NCBI GenBank assembly: GCA_900766045.1
Contig: CAAFTW010000046.1
Location: forward strand, 23,764 to 87,763
Length of the DNA stretch: 64,000 nucleotides
Reading direction: 5' to 3'
Source of the DNA: Clostridia bacterium
Lineage (GTDB): Bacteria > Bacillota > Clostridia > Peptostreptococcales > Anaerovoracaceae
Shown: piece by piece, positions 19,082 through 28,459 of the stretch
Layout: each line of letters starts with the position of its first letter
Position numbering within the stretch: the stretch's first letter is position 1
Program-made: the position numbers and the translations under genes
Notes under the pieces: model-generated
The model's database searches: none
Seen by the model: the letters and a program-made list of their open reading frames with translations, nothing else
Told to the model about the DNA's origin: nothing

Positions 19082-20737
19082 ATGAGTAATCAAGATGAAA
19101 AGAAGAGCAGACGCGGTATGGCCAGTCTGATCGCCTTCGGAGTAGTAATCGTGTTCCTGGTTATTGCTGCGATGGTTACAACCAAGGCCAGTGCCAGAAA
19201 CTCGGCATGGTCTCTGGTTCCGCCGATTATCGCCATCGGTCTTGCCCTTGTAACAAAGGAAGTTTACAGTTCCCTGTTTGTCGGAATTATCGCCGGAGGT
19301 CTTCTGTATTCCGGATTTAATTTTGCGGGAACCATGAATCATGTTTATAAAGATGGACTGATCGCGTCCCTGTCTGACCACTATGACGTCGGAATCCTGA
19401 TTTTCCTGGTCATTCTGGGTGTACTGGTTGCGCTGATGAATAAGGCAGGCGGTTCTGCGGCATTTGGAAAGTGGGCGTCAAAACACATCAAGTCAAGGAA
19501 AGGCGCGTCCGTTGCAACAATCGTTCTGGGAATCCTGATTTTCATTGACGACTATTTCAACTGTCTGACTGTAGGATCCGTAATGCGTCCGATCACTGAC
19601 CATCATCATATTTCAAGAGCCAAGCTCGCGTATCTGATCGACGCAACAGCTGCTCCGGTATGTGTAATCGCCCCGATTTCTTCATGGGCGGCAGCGGTTT
19701 CCGGAATGGTTAAAGGTCACAACGGATTTACCGTATTTATCCAGTGCATTCCATATAACTTCTATGCACTGCTGACCATCGTATTCATGTTCTCCATCGT
19801 GCTGACAAACACGGAGTTCGGACCGATGGTTGCGCATGAGAGAAATGCGATTCATAACAATGACCTGTTCACCACACCTGAGCGTCCGTATCCGGATGAA
19901 TCCGAAATTCCAAACAGCAGAGGAACAGTAGCAGACATGGTCGTTCCGATCATCGTCCTGATTATCTGCTGCGTACTGGGAATGATCTACACAGGCGGCT
20001 TCTTCTCCGGAGCTTCCCTGGTAAAGGCGTTTGCAGGAAGTGATGCTTCTGTCGGACTGGCATATGGCTCCTTCTTCGCACTGGTCTTCACCCTGATCTT
20101 CTATATGGCCCGCAGAATTATGAGCTTCGAAGAATTCATGGACTGCGTTCCGGAAGGATTCAAAGCCATGGTAGCCCCGATCCTGATCCTGACCTTTGCA
20201 TGGTCCCTGAAAGCCATGACAGACAGCCTCGGATCTACCGTATTCGTAAAGCACTTTGTACAGACCTATGCTTCCAGCTACATGTCCCTGCTGCCGGCAG
20301 TTGTATTCGTTATCGGCTGTATTCTGTCCTTCGCAACAGGAACATCCTGGGGAACATTCGGAATCCTGATCCCGATCGTTACGGGTATTTTCGGTTCCTC
20401 CGATTATCGCCTGATGATCATCTCCATTTCCGCCTGCATGGCCGGCGCGGTATGCGGAGACCACTGTTCACCGATTTCCGATACAACCATCATGTCCTCT
20501 GCCGGAGCACAGTGCTATCATATGAACCACGTATCCACACAGCTTCCATACGCGATGACCGTAGCAGCAATCTCCTGCATTACCTACGTCATTGCCGGAT
20601 TCACCAGAAGCGCCTGGATTTCTCTCCCATGCGGCATCCTCATGGTCATCCTGGTCCTGCTCTTCATCCGCAAGATCAACCCGAACGACGACATGAGAAC
20701 CGCAGCCGTCGGAGCCGTGGACGCAGATACGCTGTAA
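19082..20737 (+). CDS. nhaC: Na+/H+ antiporter, NhaC family
   Basis: Polytopic membrane protein, about 550 aa, with NhaC-family length and topology. GGAG ribosome-binding site before the ATG at 19082. Confidence 0.8.
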   Translation: MSNQDEKKSRRGMASLIAFGVVIVFLVIAAMVTTKASARNSAWSLVPPIIAIGLALVTKEVYSSLFVGIIAGGLLYSGFNFAGTMNHVYKDGLIASLSDHYDVGILIFLVILGVLVALMNKAGGSAAFGKWASKHIKSRKGASVATIVLGILIFIDDYFNCLTVGSVMRPITDHHHISRAKLAYLIDATAAPVCVIAPISSWAAAVSGMVKGHNGFTVFIQCIPYNFYALLTIVFMFSIVLTNTEFGPMVAHERNAIHNNDLFTTPERPYPDESEIPNSRGTVADMVVPIIVLIICCVLGMIYTGGFFSGASLVKAFAGSDASVGLAYGSFFALVFTLIFYMARRIMSFEEFMDCVPEGFKAMVAPILILTFAWSLKAMTDSLGSTVFVKHFVQTYASSYMSLLPAVVFVIGCILSFATGTSWGTFGILIPIVTGIFGSSDYRLMIISISACMAGAVCGDHCSPISDTTIMSSAGAQCYHMNHVSTQLPYAMTVAAISCITYVIAGFTRSAWISLPCGILMVILVLLFIRKINPNDDMRTAAVGAVDADTL

Positions 20738-20929
20738 TGGCGCTTGCTCTCATGAGCGGGAGTGCAAGCGACCGCGAATGATGAGAAGGCCTTATGCTGG
20801 TTCCGCCTGAGAGAGCAAGCGGAAGGCGAAGCTCGATCAGCAAGCGGAACGTCGTATATATCGATAACCAAGAGGCGGGTGCAGTAGTACTCGTCTCTTT
20901 TTTATTCCTTTATCAATCAGTGACAAAAA

Positions 20930-20985
20930 GCAAAAGGGCGGAATCCTGTGGTGTAATTCCTTCAGGATTCCGCCCTTTTCATACA
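20930..20985. terminator. Bidirectional Rho-independent terminator (nhaC on +, nuclease lipoprotein gene on -)
   Basis: Perfect stem AAAAGGGCGGAATCCTG...CAGGATTCCGCCCTTTT with A and T tracts on either side. Confidence 0.8.
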
Positions 20986-21000
20986 GAGGAAAACGCGTTT

Positions 21001-22107
21001 TTATGGATTGCAGTTCTTGCACGGGCGGTAGCCGTGTTCGATCAGAAACGAGCGTTTTACTCTCATCGTACGCTTATTCTTCTCCAGCGTGCGCTTCGCA
21101 GAGCTGCAGGTCGGATAATGGAACACTTTGGTATTTACGTTAACGACGTAGGTGTGGCGGGCATTGTCATGATGCGTGAAAGTGGAAGATTCTGAGTGAT
21201 GCGTGCTTCCGCTGTAGGACGGTGTACTTCCGCCGTGCGTTCCGCTTTCACCGTTTGTGGCTGTGCTGTCTCCTGTTGCGTAGTTGATTTTTACGCCTGG
21301 CTGGACGTTATAGCAGTAGATGTTGAATTTTACGCCCCGGCCATGGTCCTCGACAGATTCCGCTTCCATGTGGACGCCGCGGGCGACGAGCTCATGGCCT
21401 TTGAAAATCGGTGTCACCCGGTAGAGGACGTGCTTTCCGGTGTGTTTGACATAGTTAGCGATTTCTGTCTCAAAAGGCTCCATTCCCTGGACGTTCATGT
21501 ATCTCGTTCCGGTGATCAGGTTGCGTTCGTTGGCATTTTCCCCGGTCAGCTGGTAGCCGATGAGGTGGCAGCGGTTGTAGAGATATTTACCGTCAACAAA
21601 GGAGTAGCGGATGGTGTGCCATCCAGTCGGTTTGATCATGCCGATACTGCCGCGCTCCGTGGTTGGCATCAGGTCGCGTCCGATGCTGGATATTGCAGTC
21701 GTGCAGCGGCCGAGAGAATCCAGCGAACCGTATTTCTCATAAGAGCGTCTGGTCAGCTGGGAAGAAGAGAAGGACGGAGTATTTCCATTCAGCGTCGTGT
21801 AGGGACTGTTTTTATAGGCCGGAACTTTGGATAAGTTGACGGCGCCGGTAGAGCTTCCCGCTTTTACTCCCGATGCATTGGCCGCGCTTGCCGAGACAGC
21901 GTGGTGCAGCGTTTTCGATCCGTGGTGCTCAGAGTGTGTCTGTTCCTGAGATGCCGCGGAACTGCTGTGGTGCGTGCTGCTTTCTGATGACGTGTTCGTC
22001 CCACATCCGGCCATGGTAAAGGTCATGGCCAGTGCCAGCAGGAGAGTCAGCAGCAGACGGCGGGTCTGCTTTGCGGACTTCTGCCGTGTTTCCATATTCT
22101 TTTTCAT
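21001..22107 (-). CDS. EndA-like DNA/RNA non-specific endonuclease lipoprotein with a C-terminal Ada-type zinc-ribbon domain
   Basis: Signal peptide plus lipobox (TMAGC|G) and a Ser/His-rich linker. Nuclease core (NRCHLIGYQLTGENANERNL...VLYRVTPIF...FNIYCYNVQPG) resembles pneumococcal EndA. The C-terminus (VFHYPTC...GYRPCKNCNP) matches the Ada N-terminal metal-binding pattern. GGGGA ribosome-binding site before the ATG at 22107. Confidence 0.75.
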   Translation of the reverse strand: MKKNMETRQKSAKQTRRLLLTLLLALAMTFTMAGCGTNTSSESSTHHSSSAASQEQTHSEHHGSKTLHHAVSASAANASGVKAGSSTGAVNLSKVPAYKNSPYTTLNGNTPSFSSSQLTRRSYEKYGSLDSLGRCTTAISSIGRDLMPTTERGSIGMIKPTGWHTIRYSFVDGKYLYNRCHLIGYQLTGENANERNLITGTRYMNVQGMEPFETEIANYVKHTGKHVLYRVTPIFKGHELVARGVHMEAESVEDHGRGVKFNIYCYNVQPGVKINYATGDSTATNGESGTHGGSTPSYSGSTHHSESSTFTHHDNARHTYVVNVNTKVFHYPTCSSAKRTLEKNKRTMRVKRSFLIEHGYRPCKNCNP

Positions 22108-22367
22108 AATCAATCCCCATTTCATAAATTCATTGCGCAACTTTACCTTAGATATAATATGGTAAGGTTCTGTTTAAGTATACCATGAAAACAAGTGTTC
22201 ATACTATACGCGTGAAAAATTTCATATTTCTTTCGTGTACAGCTGTGACGAATCCGACTGTTTCGCTTCTGCGGAGTTTAGGGTATAATACTTAATACTG
22301 TGTTTAAAATAGTTGAGAACGTTTATTTTTCGCGGACGGTCTCAATAATATGGAATGGGAGTTATTC

Positions 22368-24095
22368 ATGAAAACAATCGGAAAGTTTATTAAATATTAC
22401 AGGCCTTACCGCGCGGTTTTCTATTTTGACTTATTCTGTGCGGCTGTAATCAGTATCGTAGATCTGGCTTTTCCTCAGGCACTCAGAGTACTGACGAGGA
22501 CACTGTTCTTAAAGGACGGCCAGACGATTCTGCACCGGCTGCCTCTGATTGCTGCAGGCTTCTTTGCTGCCTATGTCATTCAGGCGCTTTGTAAATACTA
22601 CGTCAGCTGTCAGGGCCATATCATGGGCGCCCGGATGGAGCGGGATATGCGGCAGGAGCTGTTCGAGCACTATGAGAAGCTGTCCTTTTCTTATTACGAC
22701 AAAAATAACACGGGCCAGATGATGAGCAAGCTGGTCTCCGACCTTTTTGATATCTCGGAAATGGCCCATCACGGGCCAGAGAACCTGTTTATTTCCATCG
22801 TGAAGCTGATCGGTTCCTTTGTTTTCCTGTTTCTGATTCAGTGGAAACTGGCTTTCATCCTTGCGGGGGTGGTTTTTGTCATGATTCTGGTGAGCCTGAG
22901 GCAGAACAACCGGATGCAGATGACCTTCACGGACAACCGCAGGAAGATCGGCGACATCAACGCATCCCTGCAGGATTCTCTTTCTGGAATCCGCATGGTG
23001 CAGGCATTCGCCAATGAAGATATTGAAAAACAGAAATTCGATGCGGGAAACGAAGCATTTCTTATTTCAAAAAAGGACAATTACCGGGCGATGGGCACTT
23101 TCCAGAGCGGAAATACCTTCTTTATCGGGATGATGTATCTGGTGACGCTGGTATTTGGCGGATATTTTATCGCAAAAGGAGAGATGACGGCGTCAGACCT
23201 GGCAATGTACGCGATTTACATCGGAATTTTCATCAGTCCGATTCAGATCCTGGTGGAGCTGACGGAGATGCTGCAGAAGGGATTTTCCGGATTCAAGCGT
23301 TTCCGCGAGGTCATAGAGGCGGAGCCGGAGATCATCGATGCACCGGATGCAGAAAATCTGAAGGATCCGGAAGGAGACATTACTTTTCATCATGTGGCGT
23401 TTAAATACGATGAAAATGAAGATGTGTTAAATGATATCGATTTTACCGTTCCACACGGAAAGTCGATTGCGCTGGTAGGTCCGTCCGGCGGCGGAAAGAC
23501 GACCATCTGCTCACTTCTTCCGAGATTTTATGATGTGACAAAAGGCAGTATTGAAATTGCCGGTCAGGATGTCCGGAAAATCCGCCTGGAGTCCCTGCGT
23601 AAAACCATCGGCATCGTTCAGCAGGATGTGTACATTTTCTCCGGATCGATTAAGGAAAATATCGCCTACGGAAAGCCGGGAGCTTCTGATGAGGAAATTG
23701 TCCGCGCCGCGAAAGAAGCGGATCTCCATGACTTTATCATGTCTCTCCCGGACGGATATGAGACCTTTGTGGGCGAGCGGGGAACCAGACTGTCCGGAGG
23801 ACAGAAACAGAGGGTTTCCATCGCAAGAATCTTCCTGAAGAACCCTTCGATCCTGATTCTGGACGAGGCGACCAGCGCACTGGATAACGAAAGTGAGCAG
23901 TACATCCAGAAGAGTCTGGAAAAACTGTCCGAGAACCGCACGACCATCACGATTGCGCACCGTCTGTCTACGATCAAAAATGCGGATGAAATTCTGGTTA
24001 TTGAAAACGGCGTCATCAGCGAACGCGGAACGCACAGCCAGCTGATTCAGCAGGGTGGAACCTATGCGAAATACTGCAGTCTGGCGGAGAACTAG
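22368..24095 (+). CDS. ABC transporter, fused permease and ATPase (type I exporter, MsbA/LmrA-like)
   Basis: Six transmembrane helices N-terminal. Walker A (GPSGGGKTT), ABC signature (LSGGQKQR), Walker B (ILILDEATSALD). Confidence 0.88.
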   Translation: MKTIGKFIKYYRPYRAVFYFDLFCAAVISIVDLAFPQALRVLTRTLFLKDGQTILHRLPLIAAGFFAAYVIQALCKYYVSCQGHIMGARMERDMRQELFEHYEKLSFSYYDKNNTGQMMSKLVSDLFDISEMAHHGPENLFISIVKLIGSFVFLFLIQWKLAFILAGVVFVMILVSLRQNNRMQMTFTDNRRKIGDINASLQDSLSGIRMVQAFANEDIEKQKFDAGNEAFLISKKDNYRAMGTFQSGNTFFIGMMYLVTLVFGGYFIAKGEMTASDLAMYAIYIGIFISPIQILVELTEMLQKGFSGFKRFREVIEAEPEIIDAPDAENLKDPEGDITFHHVAFKYDENEDVLNDIDFTVPHGKSIALVGPSGGGKTTICSLLPRFYDVTKGSIEIAGQDVRKIRLESLRKTIGIVQQDVYIFSGSIKENIAYGKPGASDEEIVRAAKEADLHDFIMSLPDGYETFVGERGTRLSGGQKQRVSIARIFLKNPSILILDEATSALDNESEQYIQKSLEKLSENRTTITIAHRLSTIKNADEILVIENGVISERGTHSQLIQQGGTYAKYCSLAEN

Positions 24096-24136
24096 AACAA
24101 TCCTGCTCCATAAGCAGACGAATAACGGATAAGTCC

Positions 24137-24180
24137 AACAAAGCCTCCGGGGGAAATCAACCCTCAGGAGGCTTTGTTAT
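24137..24180. terminator. Bidirectional terminator between the ABC exporter gene and znuB
   Basis: AACAAAGCCTCC...GGAGGCTTTGTT perfect stem. Confidence 0.7.
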
Positions 24181-24208
24181 GTGCAGCGGGTCACAGCCCG
24201 TTCATCCC

Positions 24209-25033
24209 TTACGCATTTTGTTTTGTCACTAGTCCGATGGCCCCGTAGGCACAGAAGGCGATGATGTTGCAGATGACGATGCTGGCACCGCTCGGGGTTC
24301 CGAAGAGGTAGGAGAGGATCAGGCCGATCCAGACACAGAGCACGGAGATGACGGAGGAATTCAGAATGACGGTCCGGAAAGTCTTGCAAAGGCGCATGGA
24401 GGTCAGCGGCGGGAAGACGATCAGCGCGGAGATCAGCAGCGCTCCCATCATCCGCATGCCCAGGACGATGACCAGTGCTGTGAGCAGGGCGATGATGATG
24501 TTCAACAGGCCCGCATTGGTTCCGGTTGCCCGGGCGAAGTTTTCATCGAATGTGACGGCAAAAATCCGGTTGTAGAAGAGGATGAAGAGCAGCAGGACGA
24601 CGGCGGAAAGGCAGATGCTGAGGATGATGTCGTCGTGGGACATGCTCAGGATGCTTCCGAACAGGTAGTTATAGACGTCTACATTCATGCCGTTGGTCAT
24701 GGAGATGATCATAACGCCCACGGCCATGGAGCCGGTGGAAATCAGCGCGATGGCGGCATCTCCGTTGACGCGGCTGTTCTGGGCAATCCACAGCATCAGG
24801 ACAGATGCGGTGATAACGATCGGGATGGCAACGGCCATCGGCGCGGCGTTCAGGGCCGTGGCAAGGGCGAGAGCACCGAATCCGACGTGGGACAGTCCGT
24901 CACCGATCATGGAATAGCGCTTCAGCACCAGGCTGACGCCCAGCAGGGCCGCGCAGAGGGCAATCAGTGTGCCGGCGATGAATGCGCGGACCATGAAGGG
25001 ATATTCCAGCATTTCTTTCATCAGACTAAGCAT
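24209..25033 (-). CDS. znuB: Metal (Zn/Mn) ABC transporter permease, ABC-3 family
   Basis: ABC-3 permease topology and motifs. Overlaps the znuC stop. Part of the zur operon. Confidence 0.85.
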   Translation of the reverse strand: MLSLMKEMLEYPFMVRAFIAGTLIALCAALLGVSLVLKRYSMIGDGLSHVGFGALALATALNAAPMAVAIPIVITASVLMLWIAQNSRVNGDAAIALISTGSMAVGVMIISMTNGMNVDVYNYLFGSILSMSHDDIILSICLSAVVLLLFILFYNRIFAVTFDENFARATGTNAGLLNIIIALLTALVIVLGMRMMGALLISALIVFPPLTSMRLCKTFRTVILNSSVISVLCVWIGLILSYLFGTPSGASIVICNIIAFCAYGAIGLVTKQNA

Positions 25034-25847
25034 ATTCCTCCCCCTTTCTGTTTTCTGCTTCTGGCTTCAGCGGACTTTTTGTTTCCGCAGGGCCGGAAGA
25101 ATCTTCCGGATTTTTTCGATGCTGCTTCAGCAGGCCGGCATCCTCGGATTCTCCGATAAATTTCCGTCCGATATCACTTTCGATATATTCCTCTGTCGTT
25201 CCGTAGAACAGCTGCTGCTGGTGGAGCTGCAGAATGTGTTTTGCGTATTTCAGGGCGGCGTGCATATCGTGGGAAACCATGATAATCGTAATTCCCATCT
25301 GTTTGTTGATCGTGTCGATCAGTTCGTACATTTCCTGTGTAACGACCGGATCCAGGCCTGCTGCAGGCTCGTCCAGCAGAAGAATTTTTCTGGTGGCACA
25401 AAGAGCACGCGCAAGGAGAACCCTCTGTTTCTGTCCTCCGGACAGCTCCCGGAAGCACTTGTTCTTCAGCGCTGTGATGCCCATGCGCTCCATGTTCTGC
25501 GCCGCAAGTTTTCTTTCCTTATGGCTGTAAAACGGGTGGAACTTCATCTGGTTCAGGCATCCGGACAGGACGACCTCCCGGACACTGGCCGGAAAATCCT
25601 TCTGAATCTGTGTCGTCTGCGGGAGATAGCCGATGTCGCTTGCGGTCAGGCCGTCCCCGTAGATAATGCTTCCGGAAGACGGCTTTTTCAGCTGGAGGAG
25701 GCCCTTGATTAAAGTACTTTTTCCCGCGCCGTTCTGGCCCAGAATATAGAGGTAGTCGCCGCTTTCCACATGAAAGTTCAGGTCTTTCAATGCGTAGAAA
25801 CTGGATTCATAACGCATAGTTAAATTTTTACAGCTAATTAAATTCAT
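25026..25847 (-). CDS. znuC: Metal ABC transporter ATP-binding protein with a C-terminal charged extension
   Basis: Walker A (GQNGAGKST), LSGGQKQR, Walker B (LLLDEPAAGLD). Confidence 0.88.
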   Translation of the reverse strand: MNLISCKNLTMRYESSFYALKDLNFHVESGDYLYILGQNGAGKSTLIKGLLQLKKPSSGSIIYGDGLTASDIGYLPQTTQIQKDFPASVREVVLSGCLNQMKFHPFYSHKERKLAAQNMERMGITALKNKCFRELSGGQKQRVLLARALCATRKILLLDEPAAGLDPVVTQEMYELIDTINKQMGITIIMVSHDMHAALKYAKHILQLHQQQLFYGTTEEYIESDIGRKFIGESEDAGLLKQHRKNPEDSSGPAETKSPLKPEAENRKGEEYA

Positions 25848-25931
25848 CAGTCATCATCTTTCTTTTCTATATGTATATAAAGGTGTGTTTGCAGGATTCC
25901 AGGCCGCGGTGTGCCGCTGCTGCGCTGATGA

Positions 25932-26924
25932 TCAGTGGTTCAGCGCGTAGTTTAATACCTTTACGTTGTGCTCCATCATCGACAGATAAGTCACGCCGGC
26001 TTTTTTCTGCTTTGCTGTAACATTGTGGCAGGAGTAGAAGGTCATGCGGCGGGCGCCAGTGACCTCACAGATGGAATCTGCCATCTGATGGTTCGACAGC
26101 TCAATCGTAAAGACCACCGGGATGTGATCCTTTCTGACTTTATCGGTCAGGAAGGACACGGTTCTGGCGCTCGGCTCGGTGTTCGCGGAGCAGCCGGAGA
26201 AGGCCGCGTAGTATTTCAGACCCAGTTCATCCGCCAGATAACGGAGCGGGAAGCGGTCGGCAAAAATGATCTCTTTCCTCTTAGAATGGGAAACGACATG
26301 TTTAAACTGCCGGTCCAGCCGGGAAAGCTTTCTGACGTATGCCGCCGTGTTTGCTTTATAGTCTTCTTCGTGTTTCGGGTCCAGTTTCTGCATCTCCTTT
26401 GAGATTTTCCTGGTGATCTCGATAGCTTTCACTGGTGAAGTCCAGACATGTTCATCCAGGTCTTTTGCGTGTTCGTTCCGTTCAGCCGGATTTTCCTGCA
26501 TGCCTTCCGTTTCTTCTTCTGTTACCGTACTGGTCAGGTCGATTAGTTTGATAGACTTTGGTGCCTGATTTCCCATGGACTGTAAAATTTTCTTTACCCA
26601 GCTATCGTTGTCGCCTCCTACGTAAATGAAGAGGTCAGCGCTTTGAATTTCCCGGATGTCTTTAGGAGTAGGTTCATAGGAATGCGCCTCTTCACCGGGT
26701 TTCAGGAGCATCTTTACGTCAGCGTCTTTTCCTCCAATCTGCCTTGCAAAGTCGTATGGGGTGAAGATTGTGGCGACGATTTTCAGTTTGTGGGAAGAAG
26801 ATGTCTTCTTGCTGGATGCTTTTTGTCCTGCGCCGCAGGCGGAAGTGAGCAGCGTGGTGAATACAAGAAGAAGGGAAAGCAGAATAACGGAAAGTCTGCA
26901 CACAGTAATTCTGTTATTTTTCAT
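25932..26924 (-). CDS. znuA: Metal ABC transporter substrate-binding lipoprotein (ZnuA/AdcA/TroA family)
   Basis: Lipobox (LTSAC|G) and cluster-9 SBP fold motifs. Ribosome-binding site AAGGAAG. Overlaps the zur stop. Confidence 0.85.
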   Translation of the reverse strand: MKNNRITVCRLSVILLSLLLVFTTLLTSACGAGQKASSKKTSSSHKLKIVATIFTPYDFARQIGGKDADVKMLLKPGEEAHSYEPTPKDIREIQSADLFIYVGGDNDSWVKKILQSMGNQAPKSIKLIDLTSTVTEEETEGMQENPAERNEHAKDLDEHVWTSPVKAIEITRKISKEMQKLDPKHEEDYKANTAAYVRKLSRLDRQFKHVVSHSKRKEIIFADRFPLRYLADELGLKYYAAFSGCSANTEPSARTVSFLTDKVRKDHIPVVFTIELSNHQMADSICEVTGARRMTFYSCHNVTAKQKKAGVTYLSMMEHNVKVLNYALNH

Positions 26925-27372
26925 GGCGATCTGCTTCCTTCTTATTATTTTCCTTTTCCTCCATCTGCCGGCATGCTTCGCAGATGCCGTAGAGAACCGT
27001 GCGCCCGGGGTCTAGGGTGAATCCGTGACCTGCCTGAATGTGATCGGCGATTTTCTGCATCTCTTCACAGTGCAGGTGGATCAGACGGCCGCAGCGCTCG
27101 CACATCATGTGGTATTCGCCCGGATGGCAGCGCGTTTCTTCATTTAAGTATTCATAGCAGGCACTCTGTCCGCTGCCTGCCTCGTATTTCCGGACCTGAT
27201 TCTCTGCCACCAGCCGGTCCAGGGTTCTGTAAATCGTGGTGGTTCCGATGTGTATTCCATTATCTTCCAGCAGACGCTGAAGAGACCCGGCAGTCACGTG
27301 TTTTCCAGGATGCTGCTTCAGATAGTCCAGGATTGCGTCCTTCTGCCGCGTCTTATATTCTGATTTTGACAT
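26914..27372 (-). CDS. zur: Fur-family regulator, Zur-type
   Basis: Fur-family HTH and C-terminal CxxC pairs (CERCG...CEAC). It is the first gene of the znuABC operon. Confidence 0.8.
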   Translation of the reverse strand: MSKSEYKTRQKDAILDYLKQHPGKHVTAGSLQRLLEDNGIHIGTTTIYRTLDRLVAENQVRKYEAGSGQSACYEYLNEETRCHPGEYHMMCERCGRLIHLHCEEMQKIADHIQAGHGFTLDPGRTVLYGICEACRQMEEKENNKKEADRHEK

Positions 27373-27396
27373 TGTTTTCGCTTCCTCATCATAAAA

Positions 27397-27411
27397 TGAA
27401 AACCGTTTTCA
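27397..27411. promoter_or_regulatory. Candidate Zur operator: 7-1-7 palindrome TGAAAAC-C-GTTTTCA, 25 nt upstream of zur
   Basis: Perfect inverted repeat read directly. It is AT-flanked, matching the general layout of Firmicute Zur boxes (7-1-7 inverted repeat). Lies in the divergent zur/hcpR intergenic region. Confidence 0.45.
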
Positions 27412-27580
27412 GTTTCATATCATATACAGAAACTGGGAATTTGTCAACCGCCTGTATACACGTTCTTGCTTATATCCTTTTTTCATGTGGTATACTTTAA
27501 GAGATGCCTTCCGGCACGCACCGATACAGCAGGGACAAAATGCAGCTGTGCGGCGGGCCGAAGGGAAAGGAGAAATGGGT

Positions 27581-28279
27581 ATGACAGAAAAAGAACTCCA
27601 GAAATACCAGGAAGGGCTCCTGTCCTGTGCACTGTTTAAGGGAATGGATCTTTCTGAAATCGGGCATTGTCTGTCCTGCAGCGGGTCCCGGGTTAAAAAA
27701 TACGGAAGAGGAGAACAGATCTTCAATGAAGAGGATCATCCGGAGTATCTGATGATCCTGCTTTCAGGAAAAGTTCAGGTGGGAAAAGAATATCTGGACA
27801 GCCGGCGGGCGGTAATGGCGGATTTTACGGATCCGGGAGAAATGTTCGGAGAAGTTCTTTTGTTTTTAGACAAGGAGAATTACGAATATTACGCAGAAGC
27901 TCAGAATGCTTCAGATCTTCTTCTGATGCCAAAGAATTTTACTTTTCAGTCCTGCGGAAATGCCTGCGAATGGCATCAGAAGCTGATTCACAATATGATT
28001 GCCGTATTTGCGAAAAAAGCATATTTCTTAAACCGCAGGCTTCAGATCATGAGCTGCTCGACCTTGAGGCAGAAAATCGCGAAGACCCTTCTGGTCTATC
28101 TGTCCGATCATCCCGGTAAACCGTTTGCCATGAGCCAGGCGGATCTTTCCGAATTTCTGAATGCGGCCAGACCTTCTGTTTCCAGAGAACTGAATCACAT
28201 GAGGGAAGAAGGCCTGATCGGTATGGAAAAACGGAAGATCACCGTGCCGGATATGGACAGGCTGATCGATCTGATCTAG
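27581..28279 (+). CDS. Crp/Fnr-family transcriptional regulator (HcpR-like)
   Basis: cNMP-binding fold followed by a C-terminal HTH (SQADLSEFLNAARPSVSRELNHMREEG). Sits immediately upstream of hcp. AAAGGAG ribosome-binding site before the ATG at 27581. Confidence 0.8.
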   Translation: MTEKELQKYQEGLLSCALFKGMDLSEIGHCLSCSGSRVKKYGRGEQIFNEEDHPEYLMILLSGKVQVGKEYLDSRRAVMADFTDPGEMFGEVLLFLDKENYEYYAEAQNASDLLLMPKNFTFQSCGNACEWHQKLIHNMIAVFAKKAYFLNRRLQIMSCSTLRQKIAKTLLVYLSDHPGKPFAMSQADLSEFLNAARPSVSRELNHMREEGLIGMEKRKITVPDMDRLIDLI

Positions 28280-28459
28280 TTATTCCAGACATTCAGGACT
28301 GTCCGGATAAAGAATTTGCAAGATCGGAATAAAATTTTGCGTAATGTAACATTTGTTATCGAAACCGTTCTGAAGTCATGCTATACTTCAGTTGTTGTTT
28401 GAAAGAAGCGCGTCGGAAAAGACGCAGGGAATAAAAGAAATCATTTAAAGGAGGACGTT

